From IMG/VR virus record IMGVR_UViG_3300036773_000096, positions 1 through 64,000 of that record: a stretch of DNA of 64,000 bases; one strand, 5' to 3'. Origin of the DNA: a virus. Within the stretch, counting starts at the first letter, position 1. Each line of letters opens with the position of its first letter. Shown in pieces: positions 25,590 to 35,185 of the stretch. The notes under the pieces were generated by a model. That model did no database searches. It was not told where the DNA came from and was given only the letters and a program-made list of their open reading frames with translations. Made by a program: the position numbers and the translations under genes.

Positions 25590-28500
25590 CTACTCGATTC
25601 CCAGCGTGCCGGTAGCCACCCCAATGACTGCGGTATTCGCACTAGCCACCCCAACTAGATCATCTTCACTGTCTGCGGTGACCGCGACTTCCACGGTAGC
25701 GGCGGCAATCGTCGCCAGCACGAGCACCCCAGCGGCCAGCTCGGTGACCCCCAAAGCACCCGCACTGGGCGGCCAGACGAAGGTCACCGACGGGAACGGC
25801 GCCGGGGCGCTGCCCACCGCAACAGCTGTTGGTGCCCCCGTCACCACCCGGCCCGACGGTTGCGACGCCGTCCCGGCCACGGCGGCGAGCCCCGCGTTGG
25901 CCGCCACGGACGGGGTTGGTGTCGGGGCACTGCCGGTGGCGGTGGCGGTCTGGGCGAAAGTCAGAGCGGCGGTAGATCCGACGACCCCCGGCGCGGTGCC
26001 CACACTGACCGCTGGGCTGGCCTGCGGGGCGACCCGCACCGCTGGCGGCCCCGCTGTGGCGGTGACCGTGGCGGCGGTCGCGCTGGCCGCTACTCGGCTC
26101 GTGGGTGTCGGCGCGCTGCCCGCAGCGGTGGCCGTGGCGGCCAGCACCGCCGATGTGATGGACACACCCGGTGTCGGGGCACTGCCCACCGCCACGGCGG
26201 TTAGGGCAGTGGCGTTGACGTTCTGACCGTCGACGGCACCGAACGGCGCCGGGGCGCTGCCTACAGCAGTGGCGGTGTTCGGGCTGGAGGTTACGGCCGG
26301 GGTGGGTGGCGGGGCGCTGCCCGTGGCGGTCGCGGTGGCAGCCGCAGCGAAGACCTCGACACGGCCCGTCGGCGTCAGGGCGCTGCCCGCGCTGGCCGCT
26401 GTCGGTGCGCCAGGTGCTACTTCAGTAGCGGTATCGAAGGAACTACCGGCGGCGGTCGCCGTGTCCGGTGTGGAGGCGACCGTGACCGACGCGTCGGGTG
26501 CTAGTCCGGTGGCGGTCGCGGTGGCCGGGGTGGCGTCGGTGTGGGAGGCACTGGACCCCACAGCGTCCGGGGCGGTGCCCACAGCGATGGCGGTGGTCGC
26601 CCCGGTGGTGACGTCGGTGGATGGCGCTGGCGCGGTGGCGGCCACGGTGGCCGTTGTGGGACCCGCCGCCGAGCTGGCGCCCGGTGCCGGCGCAGTACCC
26701 GCCACCGTCGCGGTGGATGCCAGGGGGGCGATCTGAGCGGCCGGAGCCGGGGCGCTCCCCGCAGCGGTCGCGGCCGGCGCACTCGACTGGATTAGGGGCG
26801 TGGGCGCCGGGGCACTGCCCACTGCGGTGGCGGTGATGGCGAGCCCCACCACGGCGACCACGCCGGCCGGGGTCGGCGCACTGCCCGCGCTGGTCGCGGT
26901 GCCGGCAGTGGCCGCTGCGCTGGCCGCTGGGGTCGGTGCACTGCCCGCGCTGGTCGCGGTGGCCGGTGAGGGGGAGACCTTGACGGCCGGGGTCGGCGCG
27001 CTGCCCGTGGCGGTGGCGGTGGTGGGGCTCGGGCTGGTCTTGCCGGTGGCCCCGGGGGCGCTGGTCGCACTGGTGGCGGTTGATGCCGTGGGGGCGACGC
27101 TGGCCCCCGGTGCCGGCGCGCTGGCTACTGCGGTGGCCGTGGCCGGGCCGGAGGTCGCGCTGGCGCCTGGGGCCGGGGCGGTGCCCACGGTCGTGGCGCT
27201 GGACGGACTGGGGGCCACGCTGGCGGCCGGGGTCGGTGCGCTGCCCGCGACGCTGACGAGCCCGGCGGGTGCGGTGATCGCCGTCGACGGGGTGGGCGCG
27301 GTGCTCGCTGCCGCAGCGACCCCCGGTGTGGGGGCGACCTTGCCGGTGGCGCCCAGGGCTGCCGCTGTGGCCGTGGCGGTGGCCGCTGTGGCGCTGACAC
27401 TGGTCGACACCGCCGGGGCCGGGGCGGTGCCTACTGCGGTGGGAGTGCCCGCGTTGCCCAGCGCTGCCACTGACGGGGCGGGGGCGCTGCCTACAGCTGT
27501 GGCGGTGATCGCATTGGCGGCCACCGACACCGACGGGGCGGGGGCGCTGGCCGCGCTGGTCGCTGTCGTGGGGTGGGCTTGGACGCTGGCGGCCGGCGTA
27601 GGTGCGCTGGTGGCACTGGCGGCCGTCGGGGCGGCGGGGGCGACGGCGGTGCTCGGGTTGTTCGCTGCGGCTGTCGCGGTGGCCGTGGGGGCGCTGGCGT
27701 TGGTCGCGGGCAGAGCGCGTGATGCCGAGTCGCCGTCGGTGAGACCATTGTCCCAGGACCACAGCGTGGAATCGCCATCGTTATAGCCCGGTACGGCACT
27801 GACAATGTCGTAATAGGCACAGGTGACGTCGAAAGTGTCGCCGACCGCAGCGGTGCCCTCAATGGACATCCCGATATAGGCGGTATTGGCGGGCGCGGTG
27901 TAATTGTTGAACGTGATTGTTTGCGCGGTGCTGGATAGTGTGACGTTTTGTGAGGGGTTCGGGGTGAGGAAGTTTCCGTTAGCGTCGGTGTAGTTCAGCC
28001 AGCATGTTGTGGTGTTCCCGGCGGTGATCGACCCTTTGGCCTGAACGGAGATCGACCACGTCTCCCCGACTGCCGCCGGAACCACGGGGAGGTTGACGTT
28101 CGGATCTCCGGCGGTTCCGACGACGATGTGCAGCCCAGTGGTGCGGCTAAAGCCGGTCTGCGCGGGGGAGGTGACCGTGGTCCCGGCCGCGGTGGACCAG
28201 AAGTCCTGGAAGGTCTTCGCCGACGGGTTCCAGCAGCGGTTCGCGGCGCCGGTCGGGGCGGCGGCGAGCACGTTGTTCGGGTCGGAGAACTGCACCCAGC
28301 CGAAGCGGGTAGCGGGGTCGGTGCCGTGCGCACCAACACCGTTGGCGACCAGGTCCCGGAAGAACTGGTTGCCGCCGTAGTTCATGGTGCCGGTAAATGA
28401 CGTGGTGACGGTGTTCTGTGCCTGGTAGCCGATCTCTACGACAACACGGTCACCGGCCTGTACGGCCACGGTGGTGATCGCTTTGTCGAGTGCGGAGATA

Positions 28501-28889
28501 CCGGCGGCGGTGGTGGTGAACTCGACAGTGTCGGTGGTGTTGGTGAGCAGCGTGCCGCGCGGGGTGTCGGTGCTGCCCGTGGTGACATAGATGTGAATGC
28601 GCAGGAAATCGTTGGCACTGAGGCTCGATTCCTTAACCCCGACAGCCCAGGAGACGACACCGGAAAGGTTCCCGGCGGCTACCGCTGGTGCGGAGATCCA
28701 CCTTCCCCACAGCACGTTGTAGGGGTTGGTGGTGACCGCTTCAGCGATCGCGACAGTGGCGGGTGCGCCCGTGTCGTGCACCGCACCGAGCAGTTTTGTG
28801 ACCGCGCTGGCAGTGGTGCTCCACGTACCCCGAATGGTGGTCGGGGTGTAGGGAGCGGCGGTGTTATTGAAATAGAGCCGTGACGCCAC
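25590..28889 (-). CDS. long fibre/appendage protein: N-terminal beta domains incl. carbohydrate-binding-like module, then Ala/Thr/Pro repeats
   Basis: 1099 aa; CBM-like VPAAVGETWSISVQAK...TAPANTAYI; repeated TAT.xGSAPxP. Confidence 0.75.
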   Translation of the reverse strand: MASRLYFNNTAAPYTPTTIRGTWSTTASAVTKLLGAVHDTGAPATVAIAEAVTTNPYNVLWGRWISAPAVAAGNLSGVVSWAVGVKESSLSANDFLRIHIYVTTGSTDTPRGTLLTNTTDTVEFTTTAAGISALDKAITTVAVQAGDRVVVEIGYQAQNTVTTSFTGTMNYGGNQFFRDLVANGVGAHGTDPATRFGWVQFSDPNNVLAAAPTGAANRCWNPSAKTFQDFWSTAAGTTVTSPAQTGFSRTTGLHIVVGTAGDPNVNLPVVPAAVGETWSISVQAKGSITAGNTTTCWLNYTDANGNFLTPNPSQNVTLSSTAQTITFNNYTAPANTAYIGMSIEGTAAVGDTFDVTCAYYDIVSAVPGYNDGDSTLWSWDNGLTDGDSASRALPATNASAPTATATAAANNPSTAVAPAAPTAASATSAPTPAASVQAHPTTATSAASAPAPSVSVAANAITATAVGSAPAPSVAALGNAGTPTAVGTAPAPAVSTSVSATAATATATAAALGATGKVAPTPGVAAAASTAPTPSTAITAPAGLVSVAGSAPTPAASVAPSPSSATTVGTAPAPGASATSGPATATAVASAPAPGASVAPTASTATSATSAPGATGKTSPSPTTATATGSAPTPAVKVSPSPATATSAGSAPTPAASAAATAGTATSAGSAPTPAGVVAVVGLAITATAVGSAPAPTPLIQSSAPAATAAGSAPAPAAQIAPLASTATVAGTAPAPGASSAAGPTTATVAATAPAPSTDVTTGATTAIAVGTAPDAVGSSASHTDATPATATATGLAPDASVTVASTPDTATAAGSSFDTATEVAPGAPTAASAGSALTPTGRVEVFAAAATATATGSAPPPTPAVTSSPNTATAVGSAPAPFGAVDGQNVNATALTAVAVGSAPTPGVSITSAVLAATATAAGSAPTPTSRVAASATAATVTATAGPPAVRVAPQASPAVSVGTAPGVVGSTAALTFAQTATATGSAPTPTPSVAANAGLAAVAGTASQPSGRVVTGAPTAVAVGSAPAPFPSVTFVWPPSAGALGVTELAAGVLVLATIAAATVEVAVTADSEDDLVGVASANTAVIGVATGTLGIE
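25760..27710 (-). repeat. imperfect about 60-bp (20-aa) tandem repeat, roughly 30 units
   Basis: e.g. near-identical GGGGTCGG(C/T)GCACTGCCCGCGCTGGTCGCGGTG at about 26869 and 26929; unit count and boundaries estimated. Confidence 0.8.
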
Positions 28890-28923
28890 CCACAGCTCCT
28901 ATCCCGTTAGCTCAAGCAAACGC

Positions 28924-29394
28924 CTAGAGGGTCCACCGCGCGATGCCGGTACCTGCCCACACGGAGGTGAAGGTGCCGTTGGTGACGGAGTTGGGGCCGC
29001 CGTAGTAGTTGAAACAAATCCCTTGTGAGGCGACCGGCGTTGCCACGGTGGTGTCGTAGACCATGACGCCGTAGATGTTCGCCAGGGTCGCCGCCGAGCC
29101 GGAGGCGGTGTTCGAGGCGGTAAAGAACACCACATCTGACGTGCCCGAGTTCAGTGACGGGCTGGTCAGGGCGACGCCGCCCGTGGGCCACTGCCCGGCC
29201 TGAGAGACCTCGTTACCGGTGACCCACTGACCGACACCGAACGCGGTGTTGGCGGAGGTGGCGTTCTCGTCCGGGGTGCCCGTGTTGCCGTAGAGGGCGG
29301 CCTTGAAAGCGTCCGACCCGAGATCCAGCGCGGTGGTGTTGTCGAGGACATCGGCGAGGTATGCACGGTTGATGTGGCTGGCGGTGAAGGCCAT
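28924..29394 (-). CDS. conserved virion protein usually found upstream of long fibres (fibre base/adaptor)
   Basis: LDLGSDAFKAALY...NEVS...GGVAL...YD...GTFTSVW..GI pattern. Confidence 0.65.
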   Translation of the reverse strand: MAFTASHINRAYLADVLDNTTALDLGSDAFKAALYGNTGTPDENATSANTAFGVGQWVTGNEVSQAGQWPTGGVALTSPSLNSGTSDVVFFTASNTASGSAATLANIYGVMVYDTTVATPVASQGICFNYYGGPNSVTNGTFTSVWAGTGIARWTL

Positions 29395-29705
29395 CAGTTC
29401 ACGCTCCCCTGGGCGTGAGCGGTCTCAGCGACCGCGTACACCATTTCGCCACTGATCGAGACCGGGCCTTCGGCGAGGACATCGGCGGCGCGCCTGCGGA
29501 CCTTCGTCAGGGTCTCCTCCTCGGCCGCGAGGTTCGCCTTCGCCGCCCGCAGATCCTCCCGGAGGTTCTTGAGGTGATCAGTGAACTTCTCGACCTTGTC
29601 GGCCGCCCCGTTGACCCGCTCTTGTGCGGCGGCGACCTCCCGCACATGCAGGTCAACAGCGGCGACGTCCTCACGCCGCTTCTGTTCGATCTCTTGCTCG
29701 GTCAC
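29394..29705 (-). CDS. coiled-coil hypothetical protein
   Basis: Heptad pattern; 1-nt coupling. Confidence 0.6.
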   Translation of the reverse strand: MTEQEIEQKRREDVAAVDLHVREVAAAQERVNGAADKVEKFTDHLKNLREDLRAAKANLAAEEETLTKVRRRAADVLAEGPVSISGEMVYAVAETAHAQGSVN

Positions 29706-29707
29706 TG

Positions 29708-30010
29708 CTACTCCCTCTTACCTAGTGCGGTGGGGGCGTAGACAGTGCAGTCCTGACCCTCATCCCTGGTGACTAGCGTGGACATCCAGACCCGGCCGTC
29801 GGCGTCGCGCTGCACGATCTCTTTGCCGACGTAGTCCTCACGCGGCTGCGGCTGCACCTTGGCTTTCGTGCCCGCGAGGATCAGCGGCACCATCAGCCCG
29901 GCCATGGCCTTGCACGGGTGATGAGGCAGGGCGGAGTCGTAGGTGCGCGCGGAGCTACCGCAGTCCTTAGCGCACACCCAGTCACGGTGCAGTGCGAGTC
30001 CCTGTGTCAT
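29708..30010 (-). CDS. Cys/His-containing hypothetical protein
   Basis: CAKDC...HHPC; coupled. Confidence 0.6.
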   Translation of the reverse strand: MTQGLALHRDWVCAKDCGSSARTYDSALPHHPCKAMAGLMVPLILAGTKAKVQPQPREDYVGKEIVQRDADGRVWMSTLVTRDEGQDCTVYAPTALGKRE

Positions 30011-30363
30011 GCGGGGATGACCTCCCGGTCGAAGTCGTAGACCACGTCGATGATCCGTTCCACTTCCGTGGCGTCGAGTGGATTGGTGATCTTCGCCTGG
30101 ATGACGACGCGATCACAAACCCAGGCCAGCGACATCGCCGGAGTGATGAACAGCTTCACTTCACGCCCCGACGCGGTCGCCCGGCCCTGGAAGCCCGTGG
30201 GGGTGTCCGACCATTCGGCGAGCACCGGGCCCTCATCGTTGTCGGCGCGGGCGACCCCGTGGACGAGCCAGCCAGTGACAGTCAGTGGCTGGTCCGCGCC
30301 ATCAACGATGTTGAAAGCGCGGACCGTCCGCGATGTCCCCTGCTTCAGGCTCGGCCGGCTCAT
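30007..30363 (-). CDS. BppU N-terminal-like Ig-fold structural protein
   Basis: LKQGTSRTV...DQPLTVTGW...VKLFITPAMS; start at ATG 30363. Confidence 0.55.
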   Translation of the reverse strand: MSRPSLKQGTSRTVRAFNIVDGADQPLTVTGWLVHGVARADNDEGPVLAEWSDTPTGFQGRATASGREVKLFITPAMSLAWVCDRVVIQAKITNPLDATEVERIIDVVYDFDREVIPA

Positions 30364-30725
30364 ATCGCTTGCGGTGCCGCCACGGGTGCGGGAGCGGGAG
30401 CGACCGGGGCCACGATCTGGGTGCGCAGGTAGAAGCCGACGGCGCCCTCGACGAACACCATGATCCCGGCCTGGACCTCCGGCGAGAGGTCGAAGTGCAC
30501 GGCCAGCGCGACCGCCATGACGGCCTTGATCAGGCCAGCGACCAGCGGCGCGGCCTTCTCGGCGCCGGCAGCGGCGGCGGTGACGATCCCGGACAGTGCG
30601 GCGATGACGGCCAGGACAGCGCCGGTCAGGTCGGGGGTTAGGTGGAAGATGGGCACCAGCATCATCAGGAACGCACCGAGTAAGTGCGCCCACTGTGCGG
30701 GCTCGCGCCCAAAGATCTTCAGCAT
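30360..30725 (-). CDS. holin
   Basis: IFGREPA start and several TM helices; directly after endolysin. Confidence 0.8.
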   Translation of the reverse strand: MLKIFGREPAQWAHLLGAFLMMLVPIFHLTPDLTGAVLAVIAALSGIVTAAAAGAEKAAPLVAGLIKAVMAVALAVHFDLSPEVQAGIMVFVEGAVGFYLRTQIVAPVAPAPAPVAAPQAI

Positions 30726-30736
30726 CTACTTTCCCC

Positions 30737-31687
30737 TCACGGTTTCGGCTTCAGTTCCAAACACCAGCCGGCGACACCGGGCACCTTCGTCGAGATCGTC
30801 ACCAGCGCCCCCTCCGTGCCGTCTGGCAGCTCTTTCCACCACCTGTTGACCCCGGCGGCCTTCTCGGTGAAGGTGGCCAGGATCCGGCCCCCTCCGTAGA
30901 TGTCGGCATGGATGTCGGCGTCGGCACTGGGGAAGATGCTCAGCCAGCCCTGGGCGGTCAGGCTGGAAACCTTCGCGCCGACCGGGTAGCACACCGCGTG
31001 CTGCTGCGGGGTGGGGCTAGTGGCCCATTCGTTGGCGGGCATGTCTTCTCCTAGCGTGGGCGGGCTAGCGATCCCCAGCGCGGCACAGAATGAGTCGATG
31101 TCGTAGCCGTCGGCTGAGTTGACGTCGGCGTAGCCGAACGGGGGCACCAGTAGGTGATCTTTCGTGGCACCGTCGGTGAACTGGTGGCCCAGCTTGCCGG
31201 GGTAGTCCGGGTTCGACCCGTAGGCGGCGATGATCAGGCGCGTCCCGGCGGGCTTACGGGGCCACAAGCCGTTCAGGTCTCCGGTGTTGCCGTAACCGAT
31301 GACCTTGCGGTTGTCGCCGAGCCACGCGGCCAGCCCGTTGATCAGGTTGTTCACCCCGGCCGACTGGTCGCCTTTGATCTGGCCACTCCAGGACTCCACA
31401 TCGACCATGACGGCCATACGCGGGTCCGGCTTGCCGACCATCGCCTTGAGCGTGTCGAGGGTCTGTTGCCAGTTGGGCCGGTAGACGACGTAGTCGATCA
31501 ACGCGCGGAGCCGGCCCGCACCCAGGGCGTATTTCGACCATGCGAGGTTGGCGGGAAACTTGTCATCACGGTAGGTGCCGTCGTTGCTGCGGATGGCGAG
31601 CACCTGGTAGGGGTAGGTGTCGTCAACCCAGGTCTGGTATTTCGACACGTCGGACCACAAGACGCTCCCCAGGTAGGGGTGGCGCAT
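30737..31687 (-). CDS. endolysin, GH25-like muramidase with C-terminal putative wall-binding domain
   Basis: DVSKYQ...IRSNDGTYRD...MVDVESW...HQFTDG...DVNSADG. Confidence 0.85.
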   Translation of the reverse strand: MRHPYLGSVLWSDVSKYQTWVDDTYPYQVLAIRSNDGTYRDDKFPANLAWSKYALGAGRLRALIDYVVYRPNWQQTLDTLKAMVGKPDPRMAVMVDVESWSGQIKGDQSAGVNNLINGLAAWLGDNRKVIGYGNTGDLNGLWPRKPAGTRLIIAAYGSNPDYPGKLGHQFTDGATKDHLLVPPFGYADVNSADGYDIDSFCAALGIASPPTLGEDMPANEWATSPTPQQHAVCYPVGAKVSSLTAQGWLSIFPSADADIHADIYGGGRILATFTEKAAGVNRWWKELPDGTEGALVTISTKVPGVAGWCLELKPKP

Positions 31688-31691
31688 CGGT

Positions 31692-31742
31692 CCTCCTCGT
31701 TAAGTGCCGGTCCGGGGGGCACGAGGAGGCCCCCCGGACCGG
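31692..31742 (-). promoter_or_regulatory. 14-bp hairpin with anti-Shine-Dalgarno loop upstream of endolysin
   Basis: Stem 31707-31720 / 31729-31742; 31721-31729 is the reverse complement of 31692-31700, which contains the lysin SD. Confidence 0.6.
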
Positions 31743-31832
31743 ACGTTCATGCGGAGTCAGCTGGCGGGTTGGGCTTACCGCGAAGCCAGTTGATCAGCTT
31801 CTTAATCGCCAGGAACTCCAGAATCTTGCTGA

Positions 31833-32327
31833 TCACCGACGGCGGGCGGCCGGGGCGTTTGGGTCAGTGCCAGGGTCAGCCGGGGTGGTCCCGTCACCAG
31901 TGCCAGGATCACTGGGTGCGGGCGGGGGGTTGTCCTGCGAGAACGCGCCCTCCAGGGTGTCCAGGGTGTCGGACAGATCCTGCGCGTCACGGGTCATCTG
32001 GTCGGCTGCCGCGCTGGATACCTGACCCTGCGCTGCGGACAGCTGGGACTGAAGCGAGGTCACCTTGTCTCGCATGGCGCTGACGTAACCGCTTACGTCG
32101 TCCTTCAGCCGCTGAATCTGCTCGCCTTCGTTGGCCATGAGATCTCCTATGTGTCGGTGGCGTACATGGATCTGGTGGATCTGCTGCATGATCGACCGGG
32201 CGTTGGGCGCTTGCCCATGTCGGCCGTGCCCGGCGCCCCCGGCGTCTTGCGCGTGGTCTTCGGTCACGCCCGTCATCATCGAGCGTGCACGGGCTCTATC
32301 CCTGCCGACGCGCCGTAGCGGGCTCAC
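31833..32327 (-). CDS. coiled-coil protein with Pro/Asp-rich tail (probable start ATG near 32138)
   Basis: AGGAG RBS before MANEGEQ; longer start uncertain. Confidence 0.6.
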   Translation of the reverse strand: MSPLRRVGRDRARARSMMTGVTEDHAQDAGGAGHGRHGQAPNARSIMQQIHQIHVRHRHIGDLMANEGEQIQRLKDDVSGYVSAMRDKVTSLQSQLSAAQGQVSSAAADQMTRDAQDLSDTLDTLEGAFSQDNPPPAPSDPGTGDGTTPADPGTDPNAPAARRR

Positions 32328-32740
32328 GGCCAGGTGATGCCATGGGCCTTGAGCAGCAACTGCGCCCGCTCGAAGTCGGCGGTGAGCTGGTTGGTCTGGA
32401 TGGTCAACGCCCGCACGCGAGCCTCGGCGTCCTCATAGTTCTTTGTCGCCGCGTCGGCGGTCTCGGTCAGGCGCGCGACTCGGACCTCCAGGCGTTCAAT
32501 CTCACTGCGCATCGGGTCCAGAAGCACCACGGTGGCGTCGGCGACCTTTTTCAGTGAATCGGAGTCCAGGGAGCGCCGGGTGGACCGGGCGGTGATCAGT
32601 GCGGCGAACCCGGAACCGGTGAAGATCGCTACTACGGCGGCGGCGATGATCCCGTAGAGCCCCCCCACTCCCCCGCCAGTGCCACTGCCGGGGATGGGCG
32701 GTGCGGGTGGGGCGGCGAGCAACAGATCCAGCAGGATCAC
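32324..32740 (-). CDS. lysis-cassette membrane protein (1 TM plus coiled coil)
   Basis: GIIAAAVVAIFTGSGFAALI then heptads. Confidence 0.7.
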   Translation of the reverse strand: MILLDLLLAAPPAPPIPGSGTGGGVGGLYGIIAAAVVAIFTGSGFAALITARSTRRSLDSDSLKKVADATVVLLDPMRSEIERLEVRVARLTETADAATKNYEDAEARVRALTIQTNQLTADFERAQLLLKAHGITWP

Positions 32741-33162
32741 GGCGCGGCCTCAACTCTTGCGATGGCGGCCCGCCAGCGCCGCAACTCCAGGGTGATCTCG
32801 ACGATGCGCCAGAGGCCGGCAATCCCGAACAGTGACGTGATGAGTCCACCGAGCCCGGCGGCGAACCCAGCGATGGCATACAGCGCGATCGGGTAAGTCA
32901 TCAAGGCGCCGGAGAAAAAGAACATGCCGACGCGCTCACCGATGAGTCGGTCGCGGATGTCGGGCAGCCACACGCACACCGAGTTGATCACCCCGCCGAG
33001 CAGGAGAACCGCGTAGTAAGCGGTGCGGTAAGGCTCCGGAATGAAGTGATCCAGCGCTGATGCCGGATTGGGCGGCAAGACCAGCCCCAGGATGCCCGCG
33101 ATGACAACGGCACCCATCGTGAACACCGACAGCGGGTGGCGGCCGTCGTGGACGACCATCAC
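32737..33162 (-). CDS. 4-TM membrane protein of lysis cassette
   Basis: GRHPLSVF then four hydrophobic segments; start moved from 33396. Confidence 0.7.
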   Translation of the reverse strand: MMVVHDGRHPLSVFTMGAVVIAGILGLVLPPNPASALDHFIPEPYRTAYYAVLLLGGVINSVCVWLPDIRDRLIGERVGMFFFSGALMTYPIALYAIAGFAAGLGGLITSLFGIAGLWRIVEITLELRRWRAAIARVEAAP

Positions 33163-33190
33163 AGCGGCCCCGACGACTGGCGGTGGCGGG

Positions 33191-33439
33191 TCAGTTCGGC
33201 GCATCGGCCTGCTCGCTGACGAGATCGGGGCGCGGCGCCTCGGTCGGTGCCTCATCGGCGCGGTGCAGCTCAATGCGCCGCTCCAGCTCGGCCAGCTGCG
33301 CACTGAACTGCTCGAACTCGGCAACCTCGACGGCCTCTTCGCGGCGCAGCACGAGCCGGAAGTGCTCGCCCTCCAGCACCGTGATCCGCTCGGCACGCAG
33401 CGCGTCGATGTCGCGCCCAGTCAGGTTCTTGTATTGCAT
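33191..33439 (-). CDS. small coiled-coil protein (possible fibre chaperone)
   Basis: Directly follows fibre gene. Confidence 0.6.
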   Translation of the reverse strand: MQYKNLTGRDIDALRAERITVLEGEHFRLVLRREEAVEVAEFEQFSAQLAELERRIELHRADEAPTEAPRPDLVSEQADAPN

Positions 33440-33442
33440 CAG

Positions 33443-35185
33443 TTAGGCCGCCGCGTAGGTCTCGACGATGCTTTCCCTCACCTTGAGGTCCGCCCGACGC
33501 AGGCGCGCGTCACTGGCGTAGGCGTAGAGCAGCGCTTGGAAGCGCATACGGAACGTGGTGCCGGCCGCCGCCGTGACGGGGATGGTCACCGTCCAGGTGT
33601 TCTGGATGCCCGGCGCCTGCGGGAACGTCCCGTCCACCGTGGTCGCGGCGGCCTCCTGGTAGTCGGTGTCGGCCAGCGTGAACGAGCCTCCGCCGATGGA
33701 GTAGAACCAGCGAATCTGGAGCACCTGGCGATCAGGGTTGGCGCCGGAGTTCTGCTTAAAGAACAGCGCTTCGAGACGCATCTCGACCTCAAGCTGCGTG
33801 ATCGACGCGCTGCGCACGGTCATCGTGGGCCAGTCGTAGGTGAAGCTGCCGTTGCTGGCGACGAACTGGCCGTCGGGGTAGTCGCCGGGCACCACCCAGA
33901 TCTTCTTACTGGTGTGCAGTACCGGCTGGCGGACGTCGCGCAGGTGGTTGGGTTTGGTGCCGCTGCCCCGCCACGGGGCGTTGGATGACATCTGCCCGAT
34001 CGGGCTGACCTTCGCCACGATCACCTGATCCGGCGCCCCGGAGATGATCTCCGACTGGTACCAGCGAGACAGATCCCCGGTCCATGTCGCCGTCGACGAT
34101 GGGTAGGAGGCGAAGCGGGCGGCGTCGCGGGTGGGGTCACCGTAGTTGTTGAACTGGGTGCCCACCGTGGAACTCAGACCATTGGCCTGATCAATCCCGA
34201 CGAAGCCTGTCATGCCAGGGAACGGGTTGAACGGGGTGGAGCCCGACTGCGAGGCGGCGTTGGGGAACCACGCGAGACGCGCGGTGGCCAGCTTCACCAG
34301 GCTCGCCCCGACGTCCAGCTCACCGGTCCAATCAGTGGCGATCCGGCCGATGCTGATCAGGTTCGGGGCCACGGAGAAAATCGACGCCGCGTCGGAGCTG
34401 CCCGGCTGGAAACGGTTCGCTTGCCAGATCACCCGCGTCGGTGCGGACTCCTGCCCGTAGCCCAGCAGACCCGTGTTGATGGCCCCAGTGGCTTGCGGTG
34501 CCACCGACAGCCCCGCAGCCGTGCTGGGTGTGACCCCACCGAACGCGGCGCTCTGGGTGGACGTGAGCTGTCCCGTGCCCGAGATGGTCAACACGTTGCT
34601 GCCGCTGGAGTCGATCGCCCGCAGCAACTCCGTGACGTTGGTGTCGCCGGCCTTCAGCTCCAGCGCCCGCTCCACCCCGAACGCGGTGATCCGGGCTCGC
34701 ACGGCCGCCGGCAGCGAGTCCAGGGAACCGACCGCGAGACGGCCGATGGTGGGCTCGGCGGCGTTGCCCAGGATCAGGGCGTTGCGGGCCTTGACCGTGC
34801 CATCCCATGACGAGGTCAGTCCAGCGGTGGCGACGCTGGCGTGCTCAATACGCAGCGCCTCAGCGGTAACAGCCGGCGCGGTGTCCGGGGGGCGCACCAG
34901 TAGGCGTTCGGGGATCCAGGACTGCGCATGCCAGGAACCGCCCGCATCGGTGCGGTAGAGGGAGTAGGCGGTGACGCCGGAGCCCAAATCCAGGGTGCGC
35001 TGGAAGTACTCGGCGGACACCAGCGCGGGCGAGCCGACCGGCAGGGTGGCCCCGGCGGTGCGCTGATCGACCGCGACCCGCGTCTCTAAGTCCAGGAAGT
35101 CGGTGTTGAACCCGGTCCGCGAGGGAGAGTCGACGCCGCTAGACCACTGCTCCAGCCCCAGCCGGGGGGTGCGGGTGAGGGTCAC
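33443..35185 (-). CDS. tail fibre / receptor-binding protein
   Basis: N-term TRTPRLGLEQW...D.PSR..FN; beta-rich body; follows baseplate genes. Confidence 0.7.
   Translation of the reverse strand: MTLTRTPRLGLEQWSSGVDSPSRTGFNTDFLDLETRVAVDQRTAGATLPVGSPALVSAEYFQRTLDLGSGVTAYSLYRTDAGGSWHAQSWIPERLLVRPPDTAPAVTAEALRIEHASVATAGLTSSWDGTVKARNALILGNAAEPTIGRLAVGSLDSLPAAVRARITAFGVERALELKAGDTNVTELLRAIDSSGSNVLTISGTGQLTSTQSAAFGGVTPSTAAGLSVAPQATGAINTGLLGYGQESAPTRVIWQANRFQPGSSDAASIFSVAPNLISIGRIATDWTGELDVGASLVKLATARLAWFPNAASQSGSTPFNPFPGMTGFVGIDQANGLSSTVGTQFNNYGDPTRDAARFASYPSSTATWTGDLSRWYQSEIISGAPDQVIVAKVSPIGQMSSNAPWRGSGTKPNHLRDVRQPVLHTSKKIWVVPGDYPDGQFVASNGSFTYDWPTMTVRSASITQLEVEMRLEALFFKQNSGANPDRQVLQIRWFYSIGGGSFTLADTDYQEAAATTVDGTFPQAPGIQNTWTVTIPVTAAAGTTFRMRFQALLYAYASDARLRRADLKVRESIVETYAAA

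Noticed and set aside
25447-27786. Long + strand Ala/Val/Gly-rich ORFs (25447-26226, 26269-26736, 26800-27786)
   Set aside because: Antisense shadows of the repeat region of the fibre gene; GC-rich repeats lack stops
31750-31800. Weak inverted repeat TCAGCTGGC / GCCAGTTGA
   Set aside because: Needs a G-U pair and has a long loop; insufficient to call a terminator
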